DNA of 64,000 nt from Oopsacas minuta. Lineage: Eukaryota > Animalia > Porifera. Where the stretch lies: positions 310,001 to 374,000 of the forward strand of contig JAKMXF010000302.1 in the NCBI GenBank assembly GCA_024704765.1. Reading direction: 5' to 3'. Shown piece by piece: positions 23,286-37,191 of the stretch (its first letter is position 1; every line of letters starts with the position of its first letter). Under the pieces are notes generated by a model. That model saw only the letters and a list, made by a program, of their open reading frames with translations, searched no databases and was not told where the DNA came from. Both the position numbers and the translations under genes were made by a program.

Positions 23286-23440
23286 TAGCTATATTGAACT
23301 TACTAAGAATACAATTCAAACAATTAAAACACTTAAGTAGCTGTCAAAACAAATGGAATAATTAAGATTTATACAAAGTGATTAATTGCCAACAGCTGAA
23401 CACAAGTGATAAGTTGTAAACACAAACAAGCTAATAATAC

Positions 23441-26483
<3,043 letters not shown>

Positions 26484-26643
26484 AGTCCACTATGTGTGTA
26501 ACTACTTAAAAGAAATAAACAACTAAATACACCATGGAAACGAACCAATTTTGGATAATATGTAATACGTATATTGAAACCTGTATTTACAAGAGCTTGC
26601 TAGTATAGTATTCAAAGCAATCAATAGACATACAAATAATGGA

Positions 26644-28814
26644 CTATGGATTACTGTCTACATGATTCTCAACTTCACTGCTCTCTCCATTCTCTCCCTT
26701 GGCGGGATTATCAATTACTTTATACCGGTATTGGAGTTTGATATCAGTAGGACTTTTCCATATTTGGTATTTAATACTTCGCATATCTAAGTCAAGACTT
26801 AATACTTGACCGTTACACATAATTTCCATCAAGTTGGCGGCCTGGTCTCCTTCAGGAACAGTCTTATGAATCTGCTCATAAGTGTAGTCTATTATTTTAC
26901 GAATAGAGACCGTGTCACATCCGTTAAGACGAGTAGGACATGATGGACTGAATAGACTAGCAGTTTTCTGACTAGCAACCGATTTATGTGGCGCTATTGT
27001 AAAGTTAATCTTGGTTTGCTGAGGGAGATCACTATGTAGAAGATAGTTAAGTGCCCATAATGGCAGGTGCTTTTTAAGTTTCTCTCTTTCAACTTCTTCA
27101 GCTGTATCTCTAGCAAACATCCTACATATTACAGTACCAGAATCATCTGAGTCTGTTAAGAGAATAGGAGTATGTCCTGGTACATTTAGAAATCCACTAT
27201 TTAAGGCGTTCTCATCCTTTTCAAATCCCTCATTATCTTCCTTGTTATTCGCTTGATTAAATTTCACAAACTCATCGAATACACCTTTCAGTACCAGACA
27301 ACCCAGATTGTATTTCATACTAGCTTTATCCTTTCCAGGGAGTTCTGTTTGAGAAGCTAAAATCCAAGCAGAATTCCAACCAACTTCATCAATACAGATT
27401 GTTATGAGACCAGTTTTGATACGTACAGTGAACCAATTGGGGATCATGTTATTCAACATTTTCCTCTCAACTTCTTCGCGATAAGTCTGTAGCTCACCCT
27501 TGCCTTTAGTCTCTATGAACTTTGCAAACATAACATCCCATAACTGTACGTCACCTGACGTATCCTTGGTTAAAATATGTCTCCGATCTTTTAAAATTGA
27601 GAAATCTTTAATCCTTGGTTTTCCTGGGATAATCTTGACTGGCTGTTTAGGAACTGTATGACTAGGAGCAATAGCATTACTTTGTGTTATTCCATCTAAA
27701 CCAGATAGATTTAGCTTCCAACCTCTAACAGTAGAGCTAGTAGTTGCTACCCAGAGAAGAGAGTCTTGTTCATCAATACAGAAGCTAAGAATTGAACAGG
27801 ATTCTTGTATTATGAGTTTAGTTACTTGAGTTGTAATATCCACCCAATAGATTGCACCATCTTTCAAACCAACTAGAAACTGATCGAATTCACCTATCAA
27901 TAAATCAATAAATAAATAAATAAATAAATAAATAGACAGGTGAATAAAGTAACTGAAAATGAATTTACTAAAATTACAATTGGTTTCATATTTAGCTCAC
28001 CTAATGGCATAATAATCCAGACACTATCAGGCATAGGAATCGTGAACAAACATCTCTGTTGAGATATAGACCATACTTTTAAAGTGTTATCAGAAGATCC
28101 GGATATACATAGAGTACCATCATTATTAATAGCAAAAGTTCTAACATTGTCAGAGTGTCCACGGAGTTGTATCATACTGTCCTTTTGAGAGCCCCTCGGG
28201 TCCCAAACTCTTATGAATTTCTCAGTAGATCCACTCACAACTAGGCTACAATCAGGTGTAGTAGCTATACTGTAAATAGAATTCTTATGACCAGATAACT
28301 TAATCATCGGAGCTGTAGTATTAATTGTCCTGAGCTCTTCCAGATCCCAGATAAGTATCTGTTTATCTAGCCCAGCTGATACAAATTTGTTCGCAGCATC
28401 AGCATAAGCAAGAGCAGTAACATAGTCTGTATGAGACTGTAGATTACGTATACATGTACCATCACGTATGTCCCATACCTTGATAGTTGTATCAGACGAT
28501 CCACTGACTAGGATATTATTATCAGCTGATAAGAAGATGGAATTTACCCAGTCTGAGTGTTCATCCATGCACTGAGTACATTTTATACTACTCTCTCCTA
28601 CTGGAGGATTTGATGAACATTTCCACGTACGAATTATGGAATCACGTCCAGCTGTGTATAGTAACCTATTCGAGCTGTCAAACTGTAGACAGTTTACACC
28701 TGCTCGGTTCTGAAGTTCTTCTGGTTCTCGTAATATGTAAGAGATTGTTACTCTCTTCTTGCTCCCACTAGACCCCAGGCCCCCTTTGGTGTCAGGCCGC
28801 GTCTTATCAGACAT
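26644..28814 (-). CDS. WDR48: WD repeat-containing protein 48 (UAF1), two exons; intron 28000-27894
   Basis: KKRVTISYILR..NRAGVNCLQFD..LYTAGRDSIIRTW, WD40 repeats, IPNWFTV.IKTG and a SUMO-like C-terminal domain. The in-frame splice gives PLG|EFDQ. Confidence 0.93.
27900..27934. repeat. (AAAT)n tetranucleotide repeat inside the WDR48 intron
   Basis: Directly visible: ataaatcaataaataaataaataaataaataaata. Confidence 0.85.
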
Positions 28815-29061
28815 TATTCAATTTCTACTGATATCATATTGATTCTTGTTAACACAAATATAGGAGAAATCAGAAGTGGCCATTGAATAACCTAAGCCGT
28901 GAATTACGTTGTTCACGCCCAATAAGGTTATATCGTATTCATTTACAAAAAACACAAATACACAAATAAATCGTATAATCGACTCTTATATAATCATTAC
29001 ACAAAGATACATTGATAAACAACTAATCACAATAGTAACAAGTCAATTTAACTAAACACAC

Positions 29062-30399
29062 TCAATACAATTGAATACAATTCTCGTTTTTGAGACAAGT
29101 AGCGATAAGTCCCCCGTCTCTCCTTGAACACAACCCCATACAGTATTCGAATTCTCCTACATTGGTACCTTCTCTTCCTATAGTATGCATCAGGGTACCT
29201 TCAGTATCAAACACTTTGATGCAATGATTAAGTCTATCGCTTATGATAAAGTTAAGCCAATGGTCTACTACAAAGAAGTACGGATCATAAACCTGAGCGC
29301 TTTTCCCCTGTGCGATAACATCAAGCTTCAACTCTCCACCTACAGAGAATACATGCATACATATATATCCGTGATCTAGTACTATTACGTCATCATTTGA
29401 GGGTGATATCCTAACGCATCTCGGAGAGTTCAGTTGTGTTTCTCCGAATACTGTTATAAACTTCAATTCCTCTGTGAACACTTGTATTCTGTTATTCTTA
29501 CTATCACATACTAACAAATTACTATGTGTGTTCATAGTTATTCCTTCCGGAAATGAAAACTCTCCCAATTCACTACCAAAATGCCCAATTTTCATCGCTA
29601 CTTCGCCATTAGAAATGCTATAAGATTTAACACAATGCGACCACCACTGAGTAACAAATAGAGTGTCCTTATGGATACACAAGCCCCATGGTTGACTCAT
29701 CTTTCCAGGTCCCTCCTCCTGACCGATGTAATACTTGAAATCGAACTGAGCTGAGTACACATGCACGCGATGATTACCAGAATCAGCAATGAAGATATTC
29801 TTAGTAGCTGGGTCTATAGCAACGTCCCTGGGCTCTTGGAATTCTAACGGACCTGTACCATTCCTTCCGCTTGACTTAACTGGCATAGATACAGAAGTGT
29901 AGTAATCATTACAGGATAAACTAGGATCAGGTGATCCTGAATGATCGCTTAGAGAAGGACCACAATACGATATTTCACCCAGCTGACTAATCCTATGCAT
30001 TATCTCGTCATCTAGCCAACGGAATACTAGAGTTTTCTCTGTTTGTGCATTAATCATTGCTCTAATACAACCTTGATTTTCTTGCGGTGGATTAGTTTCT
30101 TTATGCATTGTAATGAATGAGCTGTCTTGGAAACTGGAATCAGATGATTCAGTGGAATCGACATGTATCCAGCTATCGGTCCTAGTCTTCTCAAACTCAC
30201 CAAGTTCCTTCTCCAATACTCTCTCCTCTTCTCTATGCAACTCCTCAATGTGCTCAACTTCTCTTAACAATTCTTCCCTTCTAGCTCTCGCGGCTACAAT
30301 CACAGTCTCAAACTTCTGGGCAATAATTTCACGTGTCCTACTAGCCCGTGCATAGAAATCGGAGAACTCTTCGTTATTTCGAGGAAACCACTTAGCCAT
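29062..30399 (-). CDS. NHL-repeat beta-propeller protein with N-terminal coiled coil (TRIM-NHL-like, no RING/B-box), intronless
   Basis: FQEPRDVAID..IFIADSGNHRVHVY, FSFPEGI..VCDSKNNRIQVF and ISDRLNHCIKVF repeats. Confidence 0.88.
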   Translation of the reverse strand: MAKWFPRNNEEFSDFYARASRTREIIAQKFETVIVAARARREELLREVEHIEELHREEERVLEKELGEFEKTRTDSWIHVDSTESSDSSFQDSSFITMHKETNPPQENQGCIRAMINAQTEKTLVFRWLDDEIMHRISQLGEISYCGPSLSDHSGSPDPSLSCNDYYTSVSMPVKSSGRNGTGPLEFQEPRDVAIDPATKNIFIADSGNHRVHVYSAQFDFKYYIGQEEGPGKMSQPWGLCIHKDTLFVTQWWSHCVKSYSISNGEVAMKIGHFGSELGEFSFPEGITMNTHSNLLVCDSKNNRIQVFTEELKFITVFGETQLNSPRCVRISPSNDDVIVLDHGYICMHVFSVGGELKLDVIAQGKSAQVYDPYFFVVDHWLNFIISDRLNHCIKVFDTEGTLMHTIGREGTNVGEFEYCMGLCSRRDGGLIATCLKNENCIQLY

Positions 30400-30927
30400 A
30401 TAAGGAAATAATCGTTCGTTATGTACAGATTATTTAGCTAATTAATCTCGCTTACTTACTTATTATTGGTAAAGCAGTATAATTGGAATTAATAAGGATA
30501 CCTCGAATAGATACAATTAACAAGTTTATGGGTTTATTCCAGTAATAATAGTGTCGTAACTGCTCTCTATTAACTGTTAAGAAATGCAAGAACTGACCTT
30601 TAAGAAGAGGCCATTGCTAAAACATGCCCGAGTAGAGTGATGAATGATTAGGCTTTCCAGACACTAGAAATAGCGATTGGAAGAAGCAATAGACAAGTCT
30701 GTATATTCGTGAACTCTTACTTACGAAGTTGCGATAGTATTTTAATTAGAATACAAAATATGGAGCAAATCATAACACAAACAAATGAATAATACACTTA
30801 ATCATTGGAACCTTTGAAATATATTCAAGTTGATTGCAACTCGTGCTCCTTATTATAAAGCCTTTGAAAGCTAGTTAGATAATCTAGTAAGGACTCTCAG
30901 AATTCAACGACGTTTTCATGAAGGGAT

Positions 30928-31488
30928 TCATTTGGCTGAGTCGATTTGAAGTTCTCGATCAATTATTTTGCCTTCAAATTCGATTTTGTATGCTACACCT
31001 CTATGAATATGTGCACTAACCTTTGCAGGGAAGAGTGAGCCTCTAAGAAAGCCTTCGATTATTCCAGCTGAGAAATAAGCTGCGTTGAAAGAACCTTTTT
31101 CTTGTGGTACTGATATATATTTATTTACCAATGCTTCCTTCTCAATTAGATAGTAGGTATTTTCAAAGTCAACAGCTCGTTCAATTCCATCTGCTTCCTT
31201 GCCAAATAAATTTCTCCAAAGAGAAGATTTTATGAAGACAAGAATATTCACTATTCTGGTCTCACGTTTCCCATGTTTTTCCCTATGGAAAGTTAGATCA
31301 ATTAACGATCTACCGATTCGTTGCCCCATTTCGGACAGTTTATCCTGTAGTTCTGGAACAGAACTGACCCGTTGATGACTGTATTGTACAATCTCTGAGA
31401 AGAGAAATGCAAATGCGCTCAAATTCACATCACTCTTACCTACCTTAGTCAGTGGTTTGTCTAAATAGAATTTCTTTTGTTGATCCAT
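30928..31488 (-). CDS. TRAPPC5: Trafficking protein particle complex subunit 5, intronless
   Basis: VNLSAFAFLFSEIVQYS..RVSSVPELQDKL, KRETRIVNILVFIK, ALVNKYISVP.EKGSFN. Confidence 0.96.
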   Translation of the reverse strand: MDQQKKFYLDKPLTKVGKSDVNLSAFAFLFSEIVQYSHQRVSSVPELQDKLSEMGQRIGRSLIDLTFHREKHGKRETRIVNILVFIKSSLWRNLFGKEADGIERAVDFENTYYLIEKEALVNKYISVPQEKGSFNAAYFSAGIIEGFLRGSLFPAKVSAHIHRGVAYKIEFEGKIIDRELQIDSAK

Positions 31489-32072
31489 AAATTAGAGAGA
31501 TAATTTACAGAAATTTCTAATTACAAATTAAATATTACAGTGTAAAGGTTATTGTATTAATCAGGTATACTTCGAAAGCATGGTTTCGATGCAGTTTGTA
31601 TTTATTACTATAAAAGAAAAATTGTTGTTTGTGTCAATACAAATTGGCTCTATGAAGAATGGAAGCTAACGACGCGTTATCAGAAGTATAATCTCGTCAG
31701 CTACATACGAGGCAAGCTATACAGGGATATATTGTCCTTTGAATGCAAATACAGCACTTACATTATAGGAAATGTTCAGGTGAGAAGACAATCCATACTA
31801 TTGAGTTCAGTCGTTATTATTTCGAGTAGAAAGGATTCACAATTTGTATTTCAACTGATTATCTATTTTGTCACTCGAATTTCCCAGTCTTCTAAACTTA
31901 GTAAAATAAGAATAAATTATTCGTGGAATGTCCGAATGTTATAGTCAAACAAATACGTATATATAATACAAATAAATTGCAAGGCAAGAAAATAAGTCAT
32001 AAGAATAGAAATGGCTTGCTTGCTGAATTGAGTCAGTAAAATGCGAGTCTTAGTAGCAACAGTATGTAAGTC

Positions 32073-34091
32073 TTAAGGCCGAGCCGCAAATCTATTCATT
32101 TCAGCGTTTCTTTTTGTATTGTGGCACTGTGATGGCCATTGCATGTTAACAGAGTGACACTCTCCAGGAGAAATCCCTTCGCCCCTGCCAAAAGGAAGCC
32201 TTGCCTTTCCAACTTCAACTAATCCATCATTCGGCCCTTTCAAAACAACATTTGTACCAAAATTGCAATATTTCTTCCTTTTACCATAAAATGTTCTGTA
32301 AAAATGAACTTCATCCTGAACATATAAAGGAACCTTTGAAAGCCAAGCCTGTGCACCCTCATAAGTTAACTCCAAATTTGACCCGCACATTATTCCAAAG
32401 AAATGACCAATGTCTGCTAATAGCCCAGCTAGAGGGGTACCTTGGTAAGGCGCTCCTACAGTTTGGATCTTACGATCAGTCCCGTTTCCACTCACTGTGT
32501 ACGAATCAAGACCACTATAATAGTAAGAATAGAGATGGACAGAAGCAAGGCCACCTTGTGAATGAGCGACTATACTAAACGCACTGAGATTGTTATCTTC
32601 AGTAAAGTCTATAAGATGTCTTGCAAACTGATCATTTGACAGGGATTGTCCCCAATCTTTGAATGCTATGTAATCAGTAAAATTACCAACCGTAAACGGA
32701 TTCTCTTTCGCGCAGTATCCGTGTACGAGAAGTAGGTTAGGCTGTTGATTCTGTGAATATGATTTTAAACGTTGTTTTGCAAGTATTTGTTGTTGATTTC
32801 TTTTGCAATTAGAAAAGTTTCCAGACATAACAGATTCCTGTATTAACTGGAGGTTAGGTTCTCCAAGGTTAACTTGGAAACTTTGAATTTCGAGAACAGT
32901 TGTAAAGAGATTTAAATCCTCGATTGTTACATTTTTTAGGAAAATAATATTTGGAGGCATTGCATACCGTGTGATCCAATTCGGTTCAATATATATTGGC
33001 AGTAGATAAGATCCTGTTGAGTTTCGTTCTACATCAGTTAGGTGAATTATCCAACATATTGGTACAAGTTCTCCGTCTACTATGCCCCAGATCTCTGAGA
33101 AAACCCGGTAAGTTAAGTCCATCCCTTCCTTCCAATCAATATACAACTCGATTTTGAAATAGCCCTCACTCAAAGTGAATATAGCGTAGTTGTTAAATAC
33201 AAGAGTATTATAAGACACGCCCACTAAATGCCATTGTGTACGAGCAAACTGTATGCCACTCTGAGTCTGTCCACTGACATTTACAAAAACTTTATAAACA
33301 CCCCCGATTGGAGGCATAAATACTCCAGTCAAATGTAACTCTCTTCTTCCAACTCCAGACAGCTGGAAACTAACCAAATTTATATCTTCTTTGTACTTAA
33401 CGCCGTCTGGCTGCAGTACTTCAAGGTTACTACTATACGTCGCCAACTTTGGAATGTATTCATCTAGCTCAGTTTTATAACTTGGCATTGAAACATTTAC
33501 TTTTATATAAACTGGCGTGTTTGTTAATGTAAATTTCTGAACTTGATCTACCTGTGTTTCTAATATAATCTGACTACCATCGAATCCAACAAGAACGTAG
33601 ATAGGGTAAGATTCAACATTATCAAGAAATGCAAATAGAATATATTTCCTGTATGTAACTTTTGCTTGCCATGTACCTACCTTAGGACTAGTAACGATAT
33701 AACTTTTGCAAAGAAATTTAAAATTATCGCTTATTGTGATAACCTCTTGCGCAACAGATAATGAAACAACTGGAATACCACTTGGAGCTTTCAGAGAAAC
33801 TGTGATTCGCTTCATAATCCGTTTCGCGTTATTTTTCATTGGCAGCAGAACACTCACTGACATCTTTTCACAGCTATCAACTGGAAAGGGTATGTATTCA
33901 CTTGAAGAATTAGTAGGCAATGACGATATTGGTAAAAGCAATAAATCAGAGTTCATCGGGAAATAACCAGGATAAAATCTCTCAAACTGGTCTGGGGGAC
34001 CAGATAAATATTTGTATTTGTAGCCAGCTGAAGCCAAACCAAGGAAGATATGTAACAGTGCAAGATATGAAAATTGGGAAAATCTAACCAT
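32073..34091 (-). CDS. Secreted 672-aa protein with C-terminal alpha/beta-hydrolase domain, conditioned-medium-factor (CMF)-like, intronless
   Basis: Signal peptide. The C-terminus LLLVHGYC..SNDQFA..AHSQGGLA.VHLY.YY.SGLD..IQTVG.PYQGT.LAG..CGSN..LTY.GA..WL..DG..E..CH..M..P.QC....RN..MN..AAR matches recalled CMF-family sequences from Dictyostelium and bacteria. Confidence 0.75.
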   Translation of the reverse strand: MVRFSQFSYLALLHIFLGLASAGYKYKYLSGPPDQFERFYPGYFPMNSDLLLLPISSLPTNSSSEYIPFPVDSCEKMSVSVLLPMKNNAKRIMKRITVSLKAPSGIPVVSLSVAQEVITISDNFKFLCKSYIVTSPKVGTWQAKVTYRKYILFAFLDNVESYPIYVLVGFDGSQIILETQVDQVQKFTLTNTPVYIKVNVSMPSYKTELDEYIPKLATYSSNLEVLQPDGVKYKEDINLVSFQLSGVGRRELHLTGVFMPPIGGVYKVFVNVSGQTQSGIQFARTQWHLVGVSYNTLVFNNYAIFTLSEGYFKIELYIDWKEGMDLTYRVFSEIWGIVDGELVPICWIIHLTDVERNSTGSYLLPIYIEPNWITRYAMPPNIIFLKNVTIEDLNLFTTVLEIQSFQVNLGEPNLQLIQESVMSGNFSNCKRNQQQILAKQRLKSYSQNQQPNLLLVHGYCAKENPFTVGNFTDYIAFKDWGQSLSNDQFARHLIDFTEDNNLSAFSIVAHSQGGLASVHLYSYYYSGLDSYTVSGNGTDRKIQTVGAPYQGTPLAGLLADIGHFFGIMCGSNLELTYEGAQAWLSKVPLYVQDEVHFYRTFYGKRKKYCNFGTNVVLKGPNDGLVEVGKARLPFGRGEGISPGECHSVNMQWPSQCHNTKRNAEMNRFAARP

Positions 34092-34887
34092 AACGAAATA
34101 TTAGCCGATAAAATTTGAAATTTCTGATTATTATACTGTTTATCTTCCAACAATGCTAGAGTTAGCATTTTGTACATCACAAAACTCCCAATATTTATAC
34201 TCAAACAAATAATATCATGATTCCCAGTACTTCTATGAATAAGAACATATTTTTTCGTCAATGCGAAGCGTTAGAAGATTATTCGTAGGTTTCAATAGAT
34301 CGTTCTGAGATACCTCTCTTCAAGTGGAAGCAGTGCAGTGTATCAAGTGGGAAGCGAGTGGAAACATTACATTATCGCATTATCCAGATTCTAAAAGTGC
34401 TTCTAGAATGTGCATTAAAACATTCGATCAAATGTTTGCAAGTTTACATATTTCTACGAATCATAAGTTTTAAACTAAACAAATACGATGCAAATACGAT
34501 ACCATATTAAATCTGTAAATATCATCTCAAGAGCGCTTCAGGGCTTTGGATACGTTCAAAAAATACCATAAATGATCACATAATTGGTTTTTAAATACTG
34601 ATCATGAAGATATAATCTGAATAACAAGATATTATAAGAATCTTGTAAACAAATTTCAGAAGAAGGCAATACTGTAAAAAGCTCAATAAAGCAATAATTC
34701 TGACACAAAACACTCAAATTCTTGCGGTTTCAGAATGCAATTAAAATAATTATCTCAATAATTACGATAATTACTGTAAATTGACCAATAGAATTGAAGG
34801 GTGAAAAATGACTAAATTTACAACAGAATATTTTATGTCAAGGCAACATAAAATGAAGAACACTGAAATGAAGAGAAAAATACGCGA

Positions 34888-35922
34888 ATGAAGGGGCTAG
34901 TTTGTTTTACTATGTTTGTAGTATTCTGTTCCTACGTTATTTGCTCAGATAACAGAGACAAAAGAATTGCAATAGAGGAGATACCTATACCTGAGGACAA
35001 GGATTCTATCACTGATTTCAATCAGCATGGAAAGGCAATAAGAGAATCCTCTCCTTATGGCGAATACTTAGCAAGCGAGGTTAGCAGCGAGGATAATATA
35101 GAACAATACGAATACGGCAGTGAATATGATTCTGATAGTGATATGGAAGCTTATGAGATCGATTATTTGGATCCTGATGAAAACTATGGTGATGACAGCT
35201 TTTATTCTGAAGGCATGAATGAAATAAGTGAGGAAGAAGATAATGCAAAATATAATGAATATTCTGAAAATGAAGATAATGAAGATTATGATGATTATGA
35301 TGATTATGATGATTATGATGATTATGATAAATTGGGCGAAGACATGGATTATTACACAGAGAATGACAATGAAAATGATTCAGATTATGATAACGATTGG
35401 GAAGATGATAAGGATGGAAAAGAAAACTACTTCACAGATACTACTTTAGATTATGATGAGTATGATAGTGATTATGGAAATGGGGACACATGGCATAGGA
35501 AGAGAAGAGAGGCAACAACAGTTGGCAGCTTATCTTGTAGCTTAAAATCAAGTACATTTCTTAGTGATAGAATCAAAACAAATCAAGATACACTGATGGC
35601 TTCTCGAGATGCACTTATGGTTTCTCGAGATACACTTATGGCTTCTCGAGATACACTTACGGCTGCTCGAGATACACTTATGGCTTCTCGGATGACATTT
35701 CGGCAATATAAGCAACGATGCAGGGATATTACTACCCAGCCAATAAAAACAACAACAACAATAACAACAACATCAACAACAACAACAACACCTGAAACTA
35801 AAACAACCACCAAACTAAAGACTGAACCACCAACTCTACCCAAAACTCAACCACCCATTCAAACAAACCCTGATCACAACCATGATCAAACAGTTGGCGA
35901 CCTGCCAGTTTGTGAGATTTAG
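34888..35922 (+). CDS. Orphan secreted protein: signal peptide, Asp/Glu/Tyr-rich region, RKRR furin site, five 7-aa repeats, Thr/Pro-rich tail
   Basis: 344-aa ATG ORF. Hydrophobic N-terminus ending CS-D, DKR and RKRR basic sites, (DYD)5, (DTLMASR)5, poly-Thr. Confidence 0.8.
   Translation: MKGLVCFTMFVVFCSYVICSDNRDKRIAIEEIPIPEDKDSITDFNQHGKAIRESSPYGEYLASEVSSEDNIEQYEYGSEYDSDSDMEAYEIDYLDPDENYGDDSFYSEGMNEISEEEDNAKYNEYSENEDNEDYDDYDDYDDYDDYDKLGEDMDYYTENDNENDSDYDNDWEDDKDGKENYFTDTTLDYDEYDSDYGNGDTWHRKRREATTVGSLSCSLKSSTFLSDRIKTNQDTLMASRDALMVSRDTLMASRDTLTAARDTLMASRMTFRQYKQRCRDITTQPIKTTTTITTTSTTTTTPETKTTTKLKTEPPTLPKTQPPIQTNPDHNHDQTVGDLPVCEI
35284..35328 (+). repeat. (GATTATGAT)x5 coding tandem repeat encoding (DYD)5
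   Basis: Five exact 9-nt units. Confidence 0.95.
35587..35691 (+). repeat. 21-nt x5 coding minisatellite, consensus GATACACTTATGGCTTCTCGA (DTLMASR)
   Basis: Five units starting at 35587, 35608, 35629, 35650 and 35671, each with 0-2 substitutions. Confidence 0.95.
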
Positions 35923-36213
35923 AACTCACTTCGTTGTAACTCGAATTATGATCAATCATATTTGTATTACAATCAGGAATTATCAAAATCATTATACAAT
36001 ATATTGAAATAATTAAAATCTACCTGTGTGTATCATCTGTAATGCCTAAGGCAAAGAGTGATCCTGAGGATCCACAAAGTTAGAAGTCATAGAAATTTGA
36101 AACTACACAATACGCATTCAGTACTGCTGATCCAAGTACAATATATAGGAACTGCAGTTTATAATGTAAATCATCACTGTATCTAAAAATACATTTTGTT
36201 TAGATAGCCAACA

Positions 36214-36241
36214 CACGTGAGGGGTGTGAGGGGTATAAAAG
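36214..36241 (+). promoter_or_regulatory. Candidate Pol II core promoter: E-box CACGTG (36214) plus TATAAAAG (36234)
   Basis: Motifs are visible in the sequence. Function is untested and the nearest downstream ATG is about 950 nt away. Confidence 0.25.
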
Positions 36242-37191
36242 GAAATAATTAGGCTAATTCTATAACGCATTTATGTTGGATCAATTCTAACGTAAATGAC
36301 AAACATTCTATTTGCTTTCTTCGAAATCGGTTAACAAACCAATCTTTTGAGATTGATTAGTTAGCCAACTCGTACGGTCTGAATGGGACTTCTCTAAGCC
36401 ACCCCGCTATCACCTAGGTGCTAGGGGTGTGAGAACTTCCTGAGGACCACTCTATACACTTGTAACACAAACAACTTGACAGTTGGTTAGCAGTTGTCTT
36501 GTGTTAGAAGTGTTTAGAATATATAAATAAAGAACAATGAGAGATAAGTAATCTTTCCCAACACAAGTATTTTATTTATTCAATTACCTGTGAGAGATAG
36601 TAGAATTGTTGAACGATATTCCGACTTGCCTGACAACAAGCAGATCAATCGTGTTGTTGCTCAATAAGAAATATATTGCATCGAGTAATTGTCCATGGGG
36701 CTGGTCACATTAGTTGCTGATAAGTTACTTCATGACATGTCACAATCCTTCCAAACTTAACTGACAAGGGTACACACTATGCTGGCCATGTAGCAGTCAG
36801 GTTGACCCGTGAACTACGTACGGTTGACCCTAACCTACATACAAACGTAAAATTTCAAACGTTGCGAGAAATATATTTCTAATGCGTGTCTTATATTCTG
36901 ATAAGATGTGTTCATTTATTCAACGTATCTAGACTAACGTCTATTGCCTAAACTTTACACACACGAGAGATTTTATTAGAAGAAGCTTTTTGAAACTATA
37001 AATTGGGTAATAAGAAATATTAAAATAATGCAACTATATAGAACTACAACTTTTTATCACCATACATCATCCAGAAGGTGTATGTGAGTTTAGAGTTTAA
37101 TTAAATTAGGGAATTCTTATTATTTTCTTCGATAAACTTCGCAAATATTTTCCATTAATTTCCCCATTGATTACTAGCGTTTACCTTTCAA

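Noticed and set aside
30590-30720. Possible C/D-box snoRNA (GTGATGA near 30638); similar C-box-like motifs in the KARS1 intron near 42820-42890
   Set aside because: No properly placed D box (CTGA) or terminal stem was seen.
35587-35691. 21-nt repeats as a CRISPR array
   Set aside because: The units are directly adjacent with no spacers, are in-frame coding, and lie in a eukaryotic context with no cas genes.
35228-35992. Alternative-frame and antisense ORFs rich in Met/Ile or Val over the acidic gene
   Set aside because: They arise from the 9-nt, 21-nt and ACA repeats of the main ORF.
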